Assembly (NCBI GenBank): GCA_037189525.1
Contig: JBBCJC010000002.1
Location: forward strand, 224,001 to 288,000
From: Gemmatimonadales bacterium
Lineage (GTDB): Bacteria > Gemmatimonadota > Gemmatimonadetes > Gemmatimonadales > GWC2-71-9
Direction of reading: 5' to 3'
DNA: 64,000 bases
The position numbers and the translations under genes were made by a program. The notes under the pieces were generated by a model. The model was not told the origin of the DNA. It did no database searches and saw only the letters and a list, made by a program, of their open reading frames with translations. Every line of letters starts with the position of its first letter. Within the stretch, counting starts at the first letter, position 1. Positions 1-9,606 of this stretch are shown here, piece by piece.

Positions 1-440
1 CGTGGCGGGATGGCAATCGCGTCGTCGCCCAGGATGTGGCCAAACCGGATCGACACGAAGAGATCAGCACCTGCAGCCCGCAGCGCCTCGAGCCCTTCGG
101 GGCTCCGTGCAGACTGGAGACTCTGCACCGGGAGCGAAAACCGTCGCGCGAACTCCGCGAAGCCGACCAGGCGATCGTCGGTGGTACTGCGACTGTCCGC
201 GAGGGGAAACACCAGACGGTTGAACAGAGTTTGCTCGACGAAACTCAACTGGCTGAGTGCCCGGGCGCGTCCCACAGCGGTCGACCCGACCCGTTCTGAC
301 AGGAACACGGCAACGAGGCGGTCACCCAGCAGCGGGCGGAGCAGGTTGAGCGCGAGGCAGCTTTCGATGTCGCGATTGAGCAGCAGCGCAATGCGTAGCT
401 GTCGGCCAGGTGGCTCGACCGACATGGATTCGGTTGCCAT
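1..440 (-). CDS. Formyltransferase-family protein, partial (runs off the left edge)
   Basis: Hand translation of the minus strand from ATG at 440 gives MATESMSVEPPGRQLRIALLLNRD...GADLFVSIRFGHILGDDAIAIPP, which resembles the formyl_trans_N segment before the N-x-H motif. It lies directly downstream of the 446-1273 gene. It is absent from the ORF track because it has no stop in the window. Confidence 0.65.
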   Translation of the reverse strand, partial: MATESMSVEPPGRQLRIALLLNRDIESCLALNLLRPLLGDRLVAVFLSERVGSTAVGRARALSQLSFVEQTLFNRLVFPLADSRSTTDDRLVGFAEFARRFSLPVQSLQSARSPEGLEALRAAGADLFVSIRFGHILGDDAIAIPP

Positions 441-445
441 GGAAC

Positions 446-1273
446 TCACGTCTTGGGCAGCCGGGGCTCGATCCACCACTTGAGGTCCGCCATCACGACG
501 TCGCGTCCGAAATCGTTGAGCAGGTCGTGTGCGTGCCCCTCGTAGAGCTTGAGCGTTTTGTCACTCGACCCTGCCGTATCGAAGAAGAACTGGCTGCCGC
601 TGGGTTTCGTCACCTTATCGGCCGTGCCGTGCAGAATCAGGATCGGAAGCGTGATCTGGGGAAACTCGTCTTTGAGGCGTTCATCCGCGCGCACCATCTC
701 TGCCACGGTTTGCGTCGGCTGAACTTCCTCCTCGATCAGCGGGTCCGTGTTCATCAGATCGACGAATGCCTGATCCCGCGAGAAGTCCTCGTTCTTGAGA
801 CGAAGGACATGAAGGTGGGGCGTGACATGACTCAGGCCCTTGAGCAACGCCAGCGCCACATCGGGGGCCGGCACCTGATGTGCGAAGCTTTCGCAGATGA
901 GTCCTGCCACCTCGCCCGGGTGATCCAGGGTGTAGACACAGGCAACGACGCCCCCCGCGCTGTGGCCCAGCAAAAACAGGGGCAGGCCGGGATGGCGGGT
1001 CTTCGCGGCCTGCACCGCGGCGTCGACATCACTGACGTAATCGGAAAAGCGCTCGACGTAGAATCGCTCGCCGTCTGAATGCCCTCGGCCCCGGAGGTCC
1101 ACGGCATAGACAGCCAGATGTGCCAAGGCCAGCTGCTCGCCGGCCCACAGATAATGCCCGCTATGGGAATTGAACCCCGGCACGATCACCACGACCCCGC
1201 GCGCGGTCCCCTCGGTGGGCCACGATCGGAGATGGAGCTGACCGCCCGTTCCCTGAATTTTTTCTTCCCGCAT
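446..1273 (-). CDS. Alpha/beta hydrolase, lysophospholipase/monoglyceride lipase family
   Basis: Motifs VPGFNSHSG, DLRGRGHSDG, nucleophile GHSAGG, LHGTADKV, YEGHAHDL. Start placed at ATG 1273 (MREEKI), which follows GGAGG. Confidence 0.9.
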   Translation of the reverse strand: MREEKIQGTGGQLHLRSWPTEGTARGVVVIVPGFNSHSGHYLWAGEQLALAHLAVYAVDLRGRGHSDGERFYVERFSDYVSDVDAAVQAAKTRHPGLPLFLLGHSAGGVVACVYTLDHPGEVAGLICESFAHQVPAPDVALALLKGLSHVTPHLHVLRLKNEDFSRDQAFVDLMNTDPLIEEEVQPTQTVAEMVRADERLKDEFPQITLPILILHGTADKVTKPSGSQFFFDTAGSSDKTLKLYEGHAHDLLNDFGRDVVMADLKWWIEPRLPKT

Positions 1274-1501
1274 GAGCTCACCTCCAGCGATAGGGGTGGC
1301 GGAGATGGAGCCACGACCGAGAGGCCAGCCAGATTTGGCAATATGAAGGGGAAATCCGACCGCGGAAAGGGAGGTTCGTCGGATCGGCCAGCCCGTCAAA
1401 GCTTCCGGATTCGTGACGGCGGTCACGGCGCTGCCGACCAAACGGCGTTACCGTTAGGGACGGGCCGTGAGATCTCTCCAGGCCGTCTTAGGGAAGATAC
1501 T

Positions 1502-3610
1502 ATGACCAGTCAGCGGTTCCGACATCTTGTAGCCGTCATGGCAGCAGCCATGGCGTCATCTGCTTGCGGGGGCGGATCCGGGCCGGATCCCATCGATCGG
1601 CCCGATCCTCCGGACCCGCTTCGGATCGAAGCCATCTCCCCGACCTACGCCACCTCGCCACCGCGCAGTCGTGTCCTGCCAATACCCGTGGTACGAGTGC
1701 GCAACTCCAAGGGACCACGCGAACATGTTCCGGTAGCATTCCATTACAGTTCCGGCGCAACGGACTCGGTCCGCACCAACACTGCGGGTGAAGCGCGGAT
1801 CGAACAGTGGATTGCTCCGGACGCTGGTCAACACCGGCTCGTGGCCAAAGTAAGCGCCACTGATTCTGTCGTTTTCATTGCCGATGTCGTGCCAGCCGTA
1901 CCTGCCCACATCCTGTTCGAGGAAGCTCCGGGGCCTACCCCTGTCGGCACCGTGACATCGGATGTCGTGGTATGGATCGTCGACACCGAGATGCGACCGG
2001 CCGCAGGCCTCGAGGTTCACTTTACGGTCGAAAGTGGCGGCGGTACCCTGACGGGCGCGGTCGCGACCACCAACATCCTCGGTCGCGCCCGTTTGGGTTC
2101 GTGGACGCTCGGCCCGAGCGCCGCACTACAACAGCTGCGCGCCTCGGCCGCGGGCCTCACCAACGTGTTCGACGTGTACGGCGCTCCTGCCCGATTCGAA
2201 GCCGCCTCGGATACCGTGCAACGAGGTCATACCGGGAAGCCGGCGCCAGTCGCGCCGGCCGTACGGGCAATCGATGCACTGGGGCAGCCGATGCCCGACG
2301 TGCCCGTCGCATTCGTCCAACCTCCCACTGTTTCGGGGCATCCCTCGTTCCGCACCGGTGCCGATGGCATCGTGCGCTTCACCGATTGGGTTGCCGCGTT
2401 CGAACCCGGCGACAATCTGGTAGCCGCGGAAACCTTCGGATGGCCGTCGAGAATCGAGTTTCGATTGATCGGTGTCGTGCCAGGTCCGGCGCGGGTCGAA
2501 ATCCTGAGCGGCGGGAACCAGCGCGGCTACGTCGGTAACTTCCTGGGACCGCGACCGGCGGTACGCTTCTTCGATTCGACCGATGTTCCGATTCGGCTTC
2601 TGCCCACGACATGGACTACGACGGGGGGCACCACGCTTCAGCATCAGTCCGTCGCCACCGACTACGCCGGAATCAGCGCCGCCGAAGGCTGGCGCCTAGG
2701 CCCGACACCCGGGCCGGTATCCGTGACCGTGTCTGCCGACGGCATCGCACCCGTCACCTGGACCGCCGAGGCTGAGCCCCTCCCGGCGGGTCGTTTCGAC
2801 ATCGACATTCGGATTATCGACACCCCCGGCCTGACCGCCGAAGACAGCGCGGAAGTCCTGACAAGCTCCGCCCGGTGGACGAAAGTTCTGCGCACCGACC
2901 TGCCTCCCGTCACGATTACCGAAACGGACTCCGTCGTATGCGGCGACCGCATCACAGGCACGATCGACGATTTGCTGATCAATGTCATCATCCAGCATAT
3001 CGACGGCCCCGGGAACATCATCGGGAGCGCTGCCCCCTGCGTCATCCGAGCCGCATCGATGCTGCCCGCGGTGGGATTGGTCACTCTCGATGCCGCAGAC
3101 TTCGTCGGCATCAGACCCGGGCTGCTCGGCGATGCCATGGCACACCAGATTGGGCACATTCTAGGCATCGGAACACTTTGGACGGCGAAGGGCCTCATCA
3201 ACGGCGTATACACCGGGCCTTTTGCCCGTACGGCGTACCACGGTCTCGCCCCGTCCGGCGAAACATTCTTTTCGCACCCGAGCATCCCCATCAGCGGCGG
3301 CGACGTTCCCGGCAACGGTCCGTTCTCGAGAACCGTCGGCCATTGGGTCGGAGTCGGCGCAGAAATGATGGGCATGTCCGTTGAACGCGGCATTGCACTG
3401 AGCGCCATTTCCATTGCCGGTCTCCGCGATCTCGGCTATACGGCAAGCGACGCCGAAGCCGAGCCGCTCAACTTTCCGTCGTTGTTGCGAAGTCTGATGG
3501 GCAGCCCGACCGTAGCGGGGTACGAAGTCATGCCGAACTCCGGGCTGTGGGTCGTCGATCAGAGCAGCCGACTGTGGCGCGTACCCTCGACCGGAGGGGT
3601 ATCGCGATAA
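1502..3610 (+). CDS. Lipoprotein with Ig-like (Big) repeats and a C-terminal leishmanolysin/M8-like metallopeptidase domain (HQIGH variant)
   Basis: Signal peptide with lipobox-like SSAC-GGG. Repeated Ig-like segments (VHFTVESGGGTL...WTLGP; ILSGGNQRG...WRLGP). IDGPGNIIGSAAPC and HQIGHILGIG resemble the M8-like family. Confidence 0.75.
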   Translation: MTSQRFRHLVAVMAAAMASSACGGGSGPDPIDRPDPPDPLRIEAISPTYATSPPRSRVLPIPVVRVRNSKGPREHVPVAFHYSSGATDSVRTNTAGEARIEQWIAPDAGQHRLVAKVSATDSVVFIADVVPAVPAHILFEEAPGPTPVGTVTSDVVVWIVDTEMRPAAGLEVHFTVESGGGTLTGAVATTNILGRARLGSWTLGPSAALQQLRASAAGLTNVFDVYGAPARFEAASDTVQRGHTGKPAPVAPAVRAIDALGQPMPDVPVAFVQPPTVSGHPSFRTGADGIVRFTDWVAAFEPGDNLVAAETFGWPSRIEFRLIGVVPGPARVEILSGGNQRGYVGNFLGPRPAVRFFDSTDVPIRLLPTTWTTTGGTTLQHQSVATDYAGISAAEGWRLGPTPGPVSVTVSADGIAPVTWTAEAEPLPAGRFDIDIRIIDTPGLTAEDSAEVLTSSARWTKVLRTDLPPVTITETDSVVCGDRITGTIDDLLINVIIQHIDGPGNIIGSAAPCVIRAASMLPAVGLVTLDAADFVGIRPGLLGDAMAHQIGHILGIGTLWTAKGLINGVYTGPFARTAYHGLAPSGETFFSHPSIPISGGDVPGNGPFSRTVGHWVGVGAEMMGMSVERGIALSAISIAGLRDLGYTASDAEAEPLNFPSLLRSLMGSPTVAGYEVMPNSGLWVVDQSSRLWRVPSTGGVSR

Positions 3611-3614
3611 GACG

Positions 3615-3649
3615 GCGGACCGGAACCGGAACTCCCGGATCCGGTCCGC
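3615..3649. terminator. GC-rich stem-loop just after the lipoprotein stop
   Basis: GCGGACCGGAACCGG-N5-CCGGATCCGGTCCGC, a 15-bp inverted repeat with one mismatch. No clear U-tract. Confidence 0.4.
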
Positions 3650-3691
3650 GGCACTACCTTTCCGCACCATCTCCCACACCGGAGCCGTGTG

Positions 3692-6600
3692 ATGTCACCC
3701 TTTCTCCCCCGCCGGGGATACCTCGGCGCGTCCCTGATCGCGTTGATTGCCGTCATGGGATCGCATCCGCTTGGCGCGCAAACCAAGCCGGACAGCGCCT
3801 GGTCGATCGAAACGATTCACGGTCCCGGCGTTCCATTTGCCGTGACCCTCGACGAGGGCACCTGGATGTCCCTCGATCTGTCCCCCGACGGACGAACCAT
3901 CGTCTTCGACCTCCTGGGCGACCTCTACACCATGCCCGTTACCGGCGGCACGGCGACCCGGATCACGCAGGGCCCGGCCTTCGATCAGCAGCCGCGCTTT
4001 TCCCCCGACGGCAAGCGGATCGTCTTCGTGTCCGATCGCTCCGGCTCCTCCAATCTCTGGTTCGTGAATCCCGACGGCTCGAATCCCAAGGCCCTGACGA
4101 CCGATCGCGCCTGGGGGTTCACGTCACCGGTGTTCACACCGGACGGCGACTACGTCATCACCCGCCGCTCGTCGCTCAATGAACAGGGCTCCGGTATCAC
4201 GCTGTTCATGTATCACGTGGACGGCGACGGCAGCGGGGTCGAACTGGTCAAAGGGGAGAATGCGCCGGCAGGACCATCGCTCTCACGTGACGGCCGCTGG
4301 CTCTATTTCTCCACCCGGCAGCCCTTCGATCGGGGCGGCGCCATCATCAAGCGCTTCGACCGGCACACCGGACGTATCCTGCCCCTCACGGCGGGGTACG
4401 GCGGCGCGGTCCGTCCAGCGGTGAGCCCCGACGGCAAGACGCTCGCCTTCGGGCGCCGCATCGATGCGCAACAGGTGCTCGTGCTGCGCGACCTCGAAAC
4501 TGGCGCTGAACGAGTCGTCTATCGCGGCTTGGACCGAGACGAGCAGGAAACCACCGGCTCCGCCGATCTGCTGCCGGGCTATGCCTTCACGCCCGACGGC
4601 TCGCAGATCATCGTCTCCGCTCGCGGCAAGTTCCGCCGTATCACTCTCACCACCGGCGCCGAGCAGATCATCCCCTTCTCGGCGCGCTTCGAACAGACGC
4701 TGACCGAGCGGGTGACCGTCTCGTCGCGACTCGATGACGGGCCGGTTTCCCTCAAACTGCTCCGCTGGCACCACGCCTCTCCCGACGGACGACGGATTGC
4801 CTTCAGCGCGGCAGGACAGAACTTCCTCTATGACGTTGCCAGCAAACAGACCCGCCAGCTCGGCAGCGGACCGGGGCATCAGTTCTCACCGGCTATCTCG
4901 CCGGACGGCCGCTGGGTAGCCTGGGTCGACTGGCGCGACTCGACCGGTGGACATGTCTACAAGGCGCCGATCGACGGCGGCGCACCCGTGCGCCTGACCC
5001 AGCGCGCGGCTCACTACGTCAATCCCGCCTGGTCCGCAGACGGGCGCAAACTGGTGGTCCTGCAGGGATCGGGCGGCGAGTTCCGCGGCGACCGCGCCAC
5101 CGAAACCCTTTACTACGAAGTCCGGTGGCTCGATGCGACCACCGCGGGTCCGGCTCATCTGGTCACCGCCTTTCCCATGCGCGGCATCCGGCGCCAGATC
5201 GTGCGCCCCAAGTTCGATCCCACCGGCAGCCGGATCTACTTCTCCGAGAGCGAGGGCGGCTCGAGCCTGATTCCCCGATCGACCGACCTGGTCTCGGTGG
5301 CGCTCGACGGCACCGACCGGCGGATCCATCTGCGTTTCCGCTTTGCCGACGACCTGATTCCCTCGCCCGATGGCAAGTGGGTCGCCTTTACCGAACAGCA
5401 CAACGTCTACGTCGTCCCGCTACCGGTTGCGGGCGCCACACCGGTCGAGGTCCGGCTCGATGGCAGCGTCCTGCCGGTACGCCGCCTGAGCCAGGAGGGC
5501 GGCGCCTGGGTCGACTGGGCCGCCGACGGCAACAGCGTCACCTGGGGCTGGGGACCGAACTTCTATCGCGTCCCGCTCGAACGTGCGCGCCAAGCCAAAG
5601 GCCCCACTCCAGCCGATACGGTTCATATCGCCCTCACGGCGCCGCGGGTCTTCCCCAACGGGCAGGTCGTGCTCCGCAACGCGCGCATCATCACCATGGG
5701 CGCGGCAGGCATCATCGAACGCGGCGACATCGTCGTCGACGGAGGCCGGATCCGCGCCATCGGCGCCGCCGGTTCGGTTGCCATTCCGACCGGTGCCACC
5801 GTCCTCGACATGAGCGGCAAAACCATCATGCCGGGCATGATCGACCTCCATGCGCACTACTACGACGAGGATACAGAGCTCCTGCCCGAACGGGACTGGG
5901 CCCTGGCCATCCAGCTGGCGTATGGCGTCACCACCATCCGCGACGTCTCGGTCCGCAGCCAGACCATCTTTACTCTGGGTGAGATGGTCGAAACCGGACG
6001 GATGATCGGGCCGAGAATCTTCAGCACCGGCGACATCATCTGGGGATGGAACGCGCCCTTCGCGAGCCCGGTCGCCAATCTGGAGGATGCCCGCCGCCAG
6101 GTGCGCCGACTCAAGGCGTTAGGCGCCACGCTGATCAAGCAGTACATGCAGCAGCGGCGCGACCAGCGGCAGTGGGTCGTGCAAGCGGCGCGAGAGGAAG
6201 GACTGATCGTCACGCCCGAAGGCGGCGGCCAGACCTTTTTCGATCTCACCATGGTCATGGACGGACACAGCGGCCTCGAGCACGCCATACCCACGGCGCC
6301 GCTCTATCGCGACGTAATCTCGCTCTTTGCCGCCGCGAAGACGGACTATGTGCCGACTCTGATCGTGGCCTACGGCGGCCCGACCGCGGAGACCTACTTC
6401 CATCAGAAGTACGATGTTCACGACGACGTCAAGCTGCGCCGCTTCACGCCGCACCTCTTTCTCGATGAAAAGGCCCGGCGCCGAGCCCTGCTGCCGGAGG
6501 AGGATTACCATTTCCTCGAGGTGGCCAAGGCGGCCGCGCAGATCCTCAAGGCCGGAGGCAACATCGGCCTCGGTGCGCACGGCAACCGGCAGGGACTCGG

Positions 6601-6910
6601 CACTCACTGGGAGCTCTGGGGCCTGGCACTCGGCGGGCTGACGCCGCTCGAAGCGCTGCGCACCGCCACCACCATTCCCGCCGCGGCCATGGGCCTCGAA
6701 CGCGATCTGGGTTCGCTCGAAGCCGGCAAGATGGCCGATCTCGTCGTTCTGGACGCCAATCCGATCGACGACATCCGGAACACCGAAAAGATCAGTCATG
6801 TCATGAAGGCGGGAGTGCTGCGCGACGGCAATACGCTGGATGAAGTCTGGCCGGCACGCCGGCCGTTCGGGACGTTTTACTGGCAGGGATACGGCGTCCC
6901 GTTGCGCTGA
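3692..6910 (+). CDS. Exported amidohydrolase with N-terminal PD40/TolB-like beta-propeller repeats
   Basis: Signal peptide (…PLGA-Q). Many SPDG repeats. Metal-binding MIDLHAH. C-terminal GSLEAGKMADLVVLDANP typical of Amidohydro_1. Confidence 0.9.
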   Translation: MSPFLPRRGYLGASLIALIAVMGSHPLGAQTKPDSAWSIETIHGPGVPFAVTLDEGTWMSLDLSPDGRTIVFDLLGDLYTMPVTGGTATRITQGPAFDQQPRFSPDGKRIVFVSDRSGSSNLWFVNPDGSNPKALTTDRAWGFTSPVFTPDGDYVITRRSSLNEQGSGITLFMYHVDGDGSGVELVKGENAPAGPSLSRDGRWLYFSTRQPFDRGGAIIKRFDRHTGRILPLTAGYGGAVRPAVSPDGKTLAFGRRIDAQQVLVLRDLETGAERVVYRGLDRDEQETTGSADLLPGYAFTPDGSQIIVSARGKFRRITLTTGAEQIIPFSARFEQTLTERVTVSSRLDDGPVSLKLLRWHHASPDGRRIAFSAAGQNFLYDVASKQTRQLGSGPGHQFSPAISPDGRWVAWVDWRDSTGGHVYKAPIDGGAPVRLTQRAAHYVNPAWSADGRKLVVLQGSGGEFRGDRATETLYYEVRWLDATTAGPAHLVTAFPMRGIRRQIVRPKFDPTGSRIYFSESEGGSSLIPRSTDLVSVALDGTDRRIHLRFRFADDLIPSPDGKWVAFTEQHNVYVVPLPVAGATPVEVRLDGSVLPVRRLSQEGGAWVDWAADGNSVTWGWGPNFYRVPLERARQAKGPTPADTVHIALTAPRVFPNGQVVLRNARIITMGAAGIIERGDIVVDGGRIRAIGAAGSVAIPTGATVLDMSGKTIMPGMIDLHAHYYDEDTELLPERDWALAIQLAYGVTTIRDVSVRSQTIFTLGEMVETGRMIGPRIFSTGDIIWGWNAPFASPVANLEDARRQVRRLKALGATLIKQYMQQRRDQRQWVVQAAREEGLIVTPEGGGQTFFDLTMVMDGHSGLEHAIPTAPLYRDVISLFAAAKTDYVPTLIVAYGGPTAETYFHQKYDVHDDVKLRRFTPHLFLDEKARRRALLPEEDYHFLEVAKAAAQILKAGGNIGLGAHGNRQGLGTHWELWGLALGGLTPLEALRTATTIPAAAMGLERDLGSLEAGKMADLVVLDANPIDDIRNTEKISHVMKAGVLRDGNTLDEVWPARRPFGTFYWQGYGVPLR

Positions 6911-6920
6911 GGAATCACAG

Positions 6921-6949
6921 GGGGCGGCTGCACTGGTGGCAGCCGCCCC
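6921..6949. terminator. Perfect hairpin between convergent genes (probable bidirectional terminator)
   Basis: GGGGCGGCTGC-ACTGGTG-GCAGCCGCCCC, an 11-bp perfect stem between the stops at 6910 and 6952. Confidence 0.6.
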
Positions 6950-6951
6950 GC

Positions 6952-7728
6952 TCAGTCGGGCTCGGTGACGTAGCAGGGATAGGCAGTCTTCTGTCGCCGG
7001 GCGGCGTCTGCGTCCAACTCCACCACAACGAGCGGCTGTTCCGACGTCGTCTCCGCGAGAAGGGAGCCGTCTGGCGCAAAGGCAAACCCCTTGCCTCCGA
7101 ACTCCACCCCGCCCTCACCCGAGCCGACCCGATTCGAACTCACCACATAAGCGCCGGACACGATCGCGGCCATCGCGCCCGCCGTGAGCCATTTGGCGTG
7201 TGAGGTGCCCGCCGCCCGCGGCACCGCAATCAGGTCCGCGCCCGAACGGCCATACCAGCGGGCCTGTTCGTTGAACATCAGGTCGGTACACAAGAGCACA
7301 CCGACCGTGAGTCCGCCGACCCGACGAACCGGTGACTGGGTCCGACCCGACTCGAACCAGGTCGCCTCGTACCAACCCGGCTCCTCCGGGAAGGAACGCT
7401 TGCGGTGGAGCGGCCGCATCTCTCCCGCTTCGAGGGCAAACGCCTCATTGGCCAGACGCGCGCCGGCACGAACCGGTCGCGACGAAATGATGGCGGGCAC
7501 CTCGAGCGAGGCGAGCGCATCGAGGCCACGCTCGTGCCGTTCCACCGCCCCGAGCGCGATCTCGGCGTCGACCCGGGCTTCGGCCGCCATCCAGGCACCG
7601 AACGGCATTTCGTTCGTGATCAGCAAATCGGGCTCTGCCGTCTCGACCGCTCGGCGGATCGTTTCCCATGCAGAGCCACCCGGCTCCAGCCCGTCGGGCC
7701 ACTCCACCAGCGCACACCGCACACGCAT
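6952..7728 (-). CDS. Carbon-nitrogen hydrolase (nitrilase superfamily)
   Basis: E-K-C triad context: ITNEM, HRKRSFPEEPGWYEATWF, LLCTDLMF. Also SSNRVG. Confidence 0.9.
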   Translation of the reverse strand: MRVRCALVEWPDGLEPGGSAWETIRRAVETAEPDLLITNEMPFGAWMAAEARVDAEIALGAVERHERGLDALASLEVPAIISSRPVRAGARLANEAFALEAGEMRPLHRKRSFPEEPGWYEATWFESGRTQSPVRRVGGLTVGVLLCTDLMFNEQARWYGRSGADLIAVPRAAGTSHAKWLTAGAMAAIVSGAYVVSSNRVGSGEGGVEFGGKGFAFAPDGSLLAETTSEQPLVVVELDADAARRQKTAYPCYVTEPD

Positions 7729-7831
7729 GTAACCTCCCTATGAACCGGGCAAACACCGGCACCCGCACTGTTGCCGCCAGCGAGTATATTCCGGTTTCGC
7801 GTCCGATCCCAGCCCCACTGAACGGCAGACC

Positions 7832-8974
7832 ATGTTCCGACTCCGGATCGTTCCCCATGACGTGGCGCGATGGCTTGGCGCCTGCTGCCTGTCAGGACTG
7901 GTAGTTTCGACTACCTCTGCACAGCAAACGACCGGCCCCACCGGTTTAACCCGCGAGGCAGTCGTCGCGGGCATCGCAGACCTGCGCAAGATCACGACGC
8001 CGAACGGCATCGAGACACTGGAAGAACTGGAGATCGACGGTACCCGCCAGTGGATCTCGATCCGCGGCCGCGACCGCGCCAATCCGGTGCTCCTGATGAT
8101 CCACGGCGGTCCCGGCAGCCCCACGATGCCCGTCAGCTGGGCATTCCAGGGTCCCTGGGAAGACTACTTCACCGTGGTGCAGTGGGATCAGCGCGGCGTC
8201 GGCAAGAACGCGCGTACCGCCGACCATGCCGCCCTCACGCCGACCCTCACCGTCGAACGCTCAGTCACGGACGCCGAGGCGGTCGTGGCGCACCTGCGCC
8301 GGCGGTTGGGTCAGGACCGGGTGGTGGTGATGGGTTATTCCTGGGGCTCGATCGTCGGGATCCTGCTGGCCCAGAAGCGGCCGGAATGGCTGCACGCCTA
8401 TGTCGGGCTCGGCCAGGCCAGTCCCAAAGGCGATGACTATCTCTACACTCGGCTGATCGAACTGGCCACCGCGTCCGACAACCGCGAGGCCCTGGCGGAG
8501 CTGCGAGCCATCGCGCCGTATCCGAATGGCGTGCCACCTGCGCAGAGCGTGATCACCTCGCGGAAATGGGCCCGACACTTCGGCGGCGCCTGGTATGGTC
8601 GCACCGACTTCGGACCCTATATGGCGAGCACGGCGTGGGCGCCGGAGTACAGCGAAGCCGAGCTCGAAGCGATGGATAAGGCCTCGGGATGGGCCACGCT
8701 GACGCTGCTCGCCCCGATGTTCAGCCAGCGGCTCGACACGCTTCCCGCCTTCAAGGTGCCAGTCGTGTTCCTGATGGGACGCCACGACCTCCACACCCCG
8801 TATCCGCCGGCCCGTGCGCTGTTCGACCGGATTGCTGTGCCCCGCAAGCGGTTCGTCACGTTCGAGAATTCGGCGCACGTACCGATGATGGAGGAGCCGG
8901 GTCGCTTCCTTGCGGCATTGATCGACGAGGTACTGCCCCTGACCGGGAGGGCGGCTCGTAAGCCCGATCGCTGA
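7832..8974 (+). CDS. Exported alpha/beta hydrolase (proline iminopeptidase-like)
   Basis: Signal peptide (…TSA-Q). HGGPG, WDQRGVG, GYSWG, GRHDL, SAH motifs. Confidence 0.85.
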   Translation: MFRLRIVPHDVARWLGACCLSGLVVSTTSAQQTTGPTGLTREAVVAGIADLRKITTPNGIETLEELEIDGTRQWISIRGRDRANPVLLMIHGGPGSPTMPVSWAFQGPWEDYFTVVQWDQRGVGKNARTADHAALTPTLTVERSVTDAEAVVAHLRRRLGQDRVVVMGYSWGSIVGILLAQKRPEWLHAYVGLGQASPKGDDYLYTRLIELATASDNREALAELRAIAPYPNGVPPAQSVITSRKWARHFGGAWYGRTDFGPYMASTAWAPEYSEAELEAMDKASGWATLTLLAPMFSQRLDTLPAFKVPVVFLMGRHDLHTPYPPARALFDRIAVPRKRFVTFENSAHVPMMEEPGRFLAALIDEVLPLTGRAARKPDR

Positions 8975-9097
8975 TTGCGATCACACCTCTGATTTGGGAG
9001 TTTCGCCGGCTTCAACCGGTGGGGGCGGGGGCGGTGTCGGCCCCGCACCGCCCGAACACCCCGCACCAACCAGCAACGATAGAACGAACGGACCGAG

Positions 9098-9433
9098 TTA
9101 GGTGTTGTCCTTGATCGTGGTAGACGTGCCGTTGGTCTTGACCGAACTGATTCCGCCTTCACACGAATCGGCGGAGGCATACATCTGACTGGTACCGATC
9201 ACCTGGGAATTGGCAGCCTTCAAGTTGAAGTAAAACTTGCCGTTGGAGGCCGTGTTGCGCTCGTAACGCTCATCGGCGCCACAGTTGGACTGCACCGACG
9301 CAATCCCGTTTTGCGCCGACGCCTTGGCCTTGTACAGCTCGCTGTTGAGGATGACCTCGCCGTTTCCGGCCTTCAAGACGAACTTGAATTGTCCATCGGC
9401 ACTCGTTGCCAATTCATACCATCCAGCCATCAT
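9098..9433 (-). CDS. yegP: YegP family protein (tandem DUF1508)
   Basis: Two repeats: FKFVLKAGNGEVILNSELY..ASAQNGIASVQ and FYFNLKAANSQVIGTSQMY..CEGGISSVK. GGAGG RBS. Confidence 0.9.
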   Translation of the reverse strand: MMAGWYELATSADGQFKFVLKAGNGEVILNSELYKAKASAQNGIASVQSNCGADERYERNTASNGKFYFNLKAANSQVIGTSQMYASADSCEGGISSVKTNGTSTTIKDNT

Positions 9434-9606
9434 TTGCCTCCTCTGGGTCGATTAGCACCTGCTGTAGATATCGGCACATCATGGCTCACGCCAGGCAAGC
9501 CGGTACCGATGTGATAGGATAGCCCCCAATCATAGTCACCTCGAAGCCGCCGAGCCTGTATCTTACGAGCCCCGCGACTTCACTCGAGCCCAATCCAGGT
9601 CAGAAG

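Noticed and set aside
1079..1501. N-terminal extension of the 843-aa ORF
   Set aside because: It overlaps the divergent hydrolase. The signal peptide and lipobox begin at ATG 1502.
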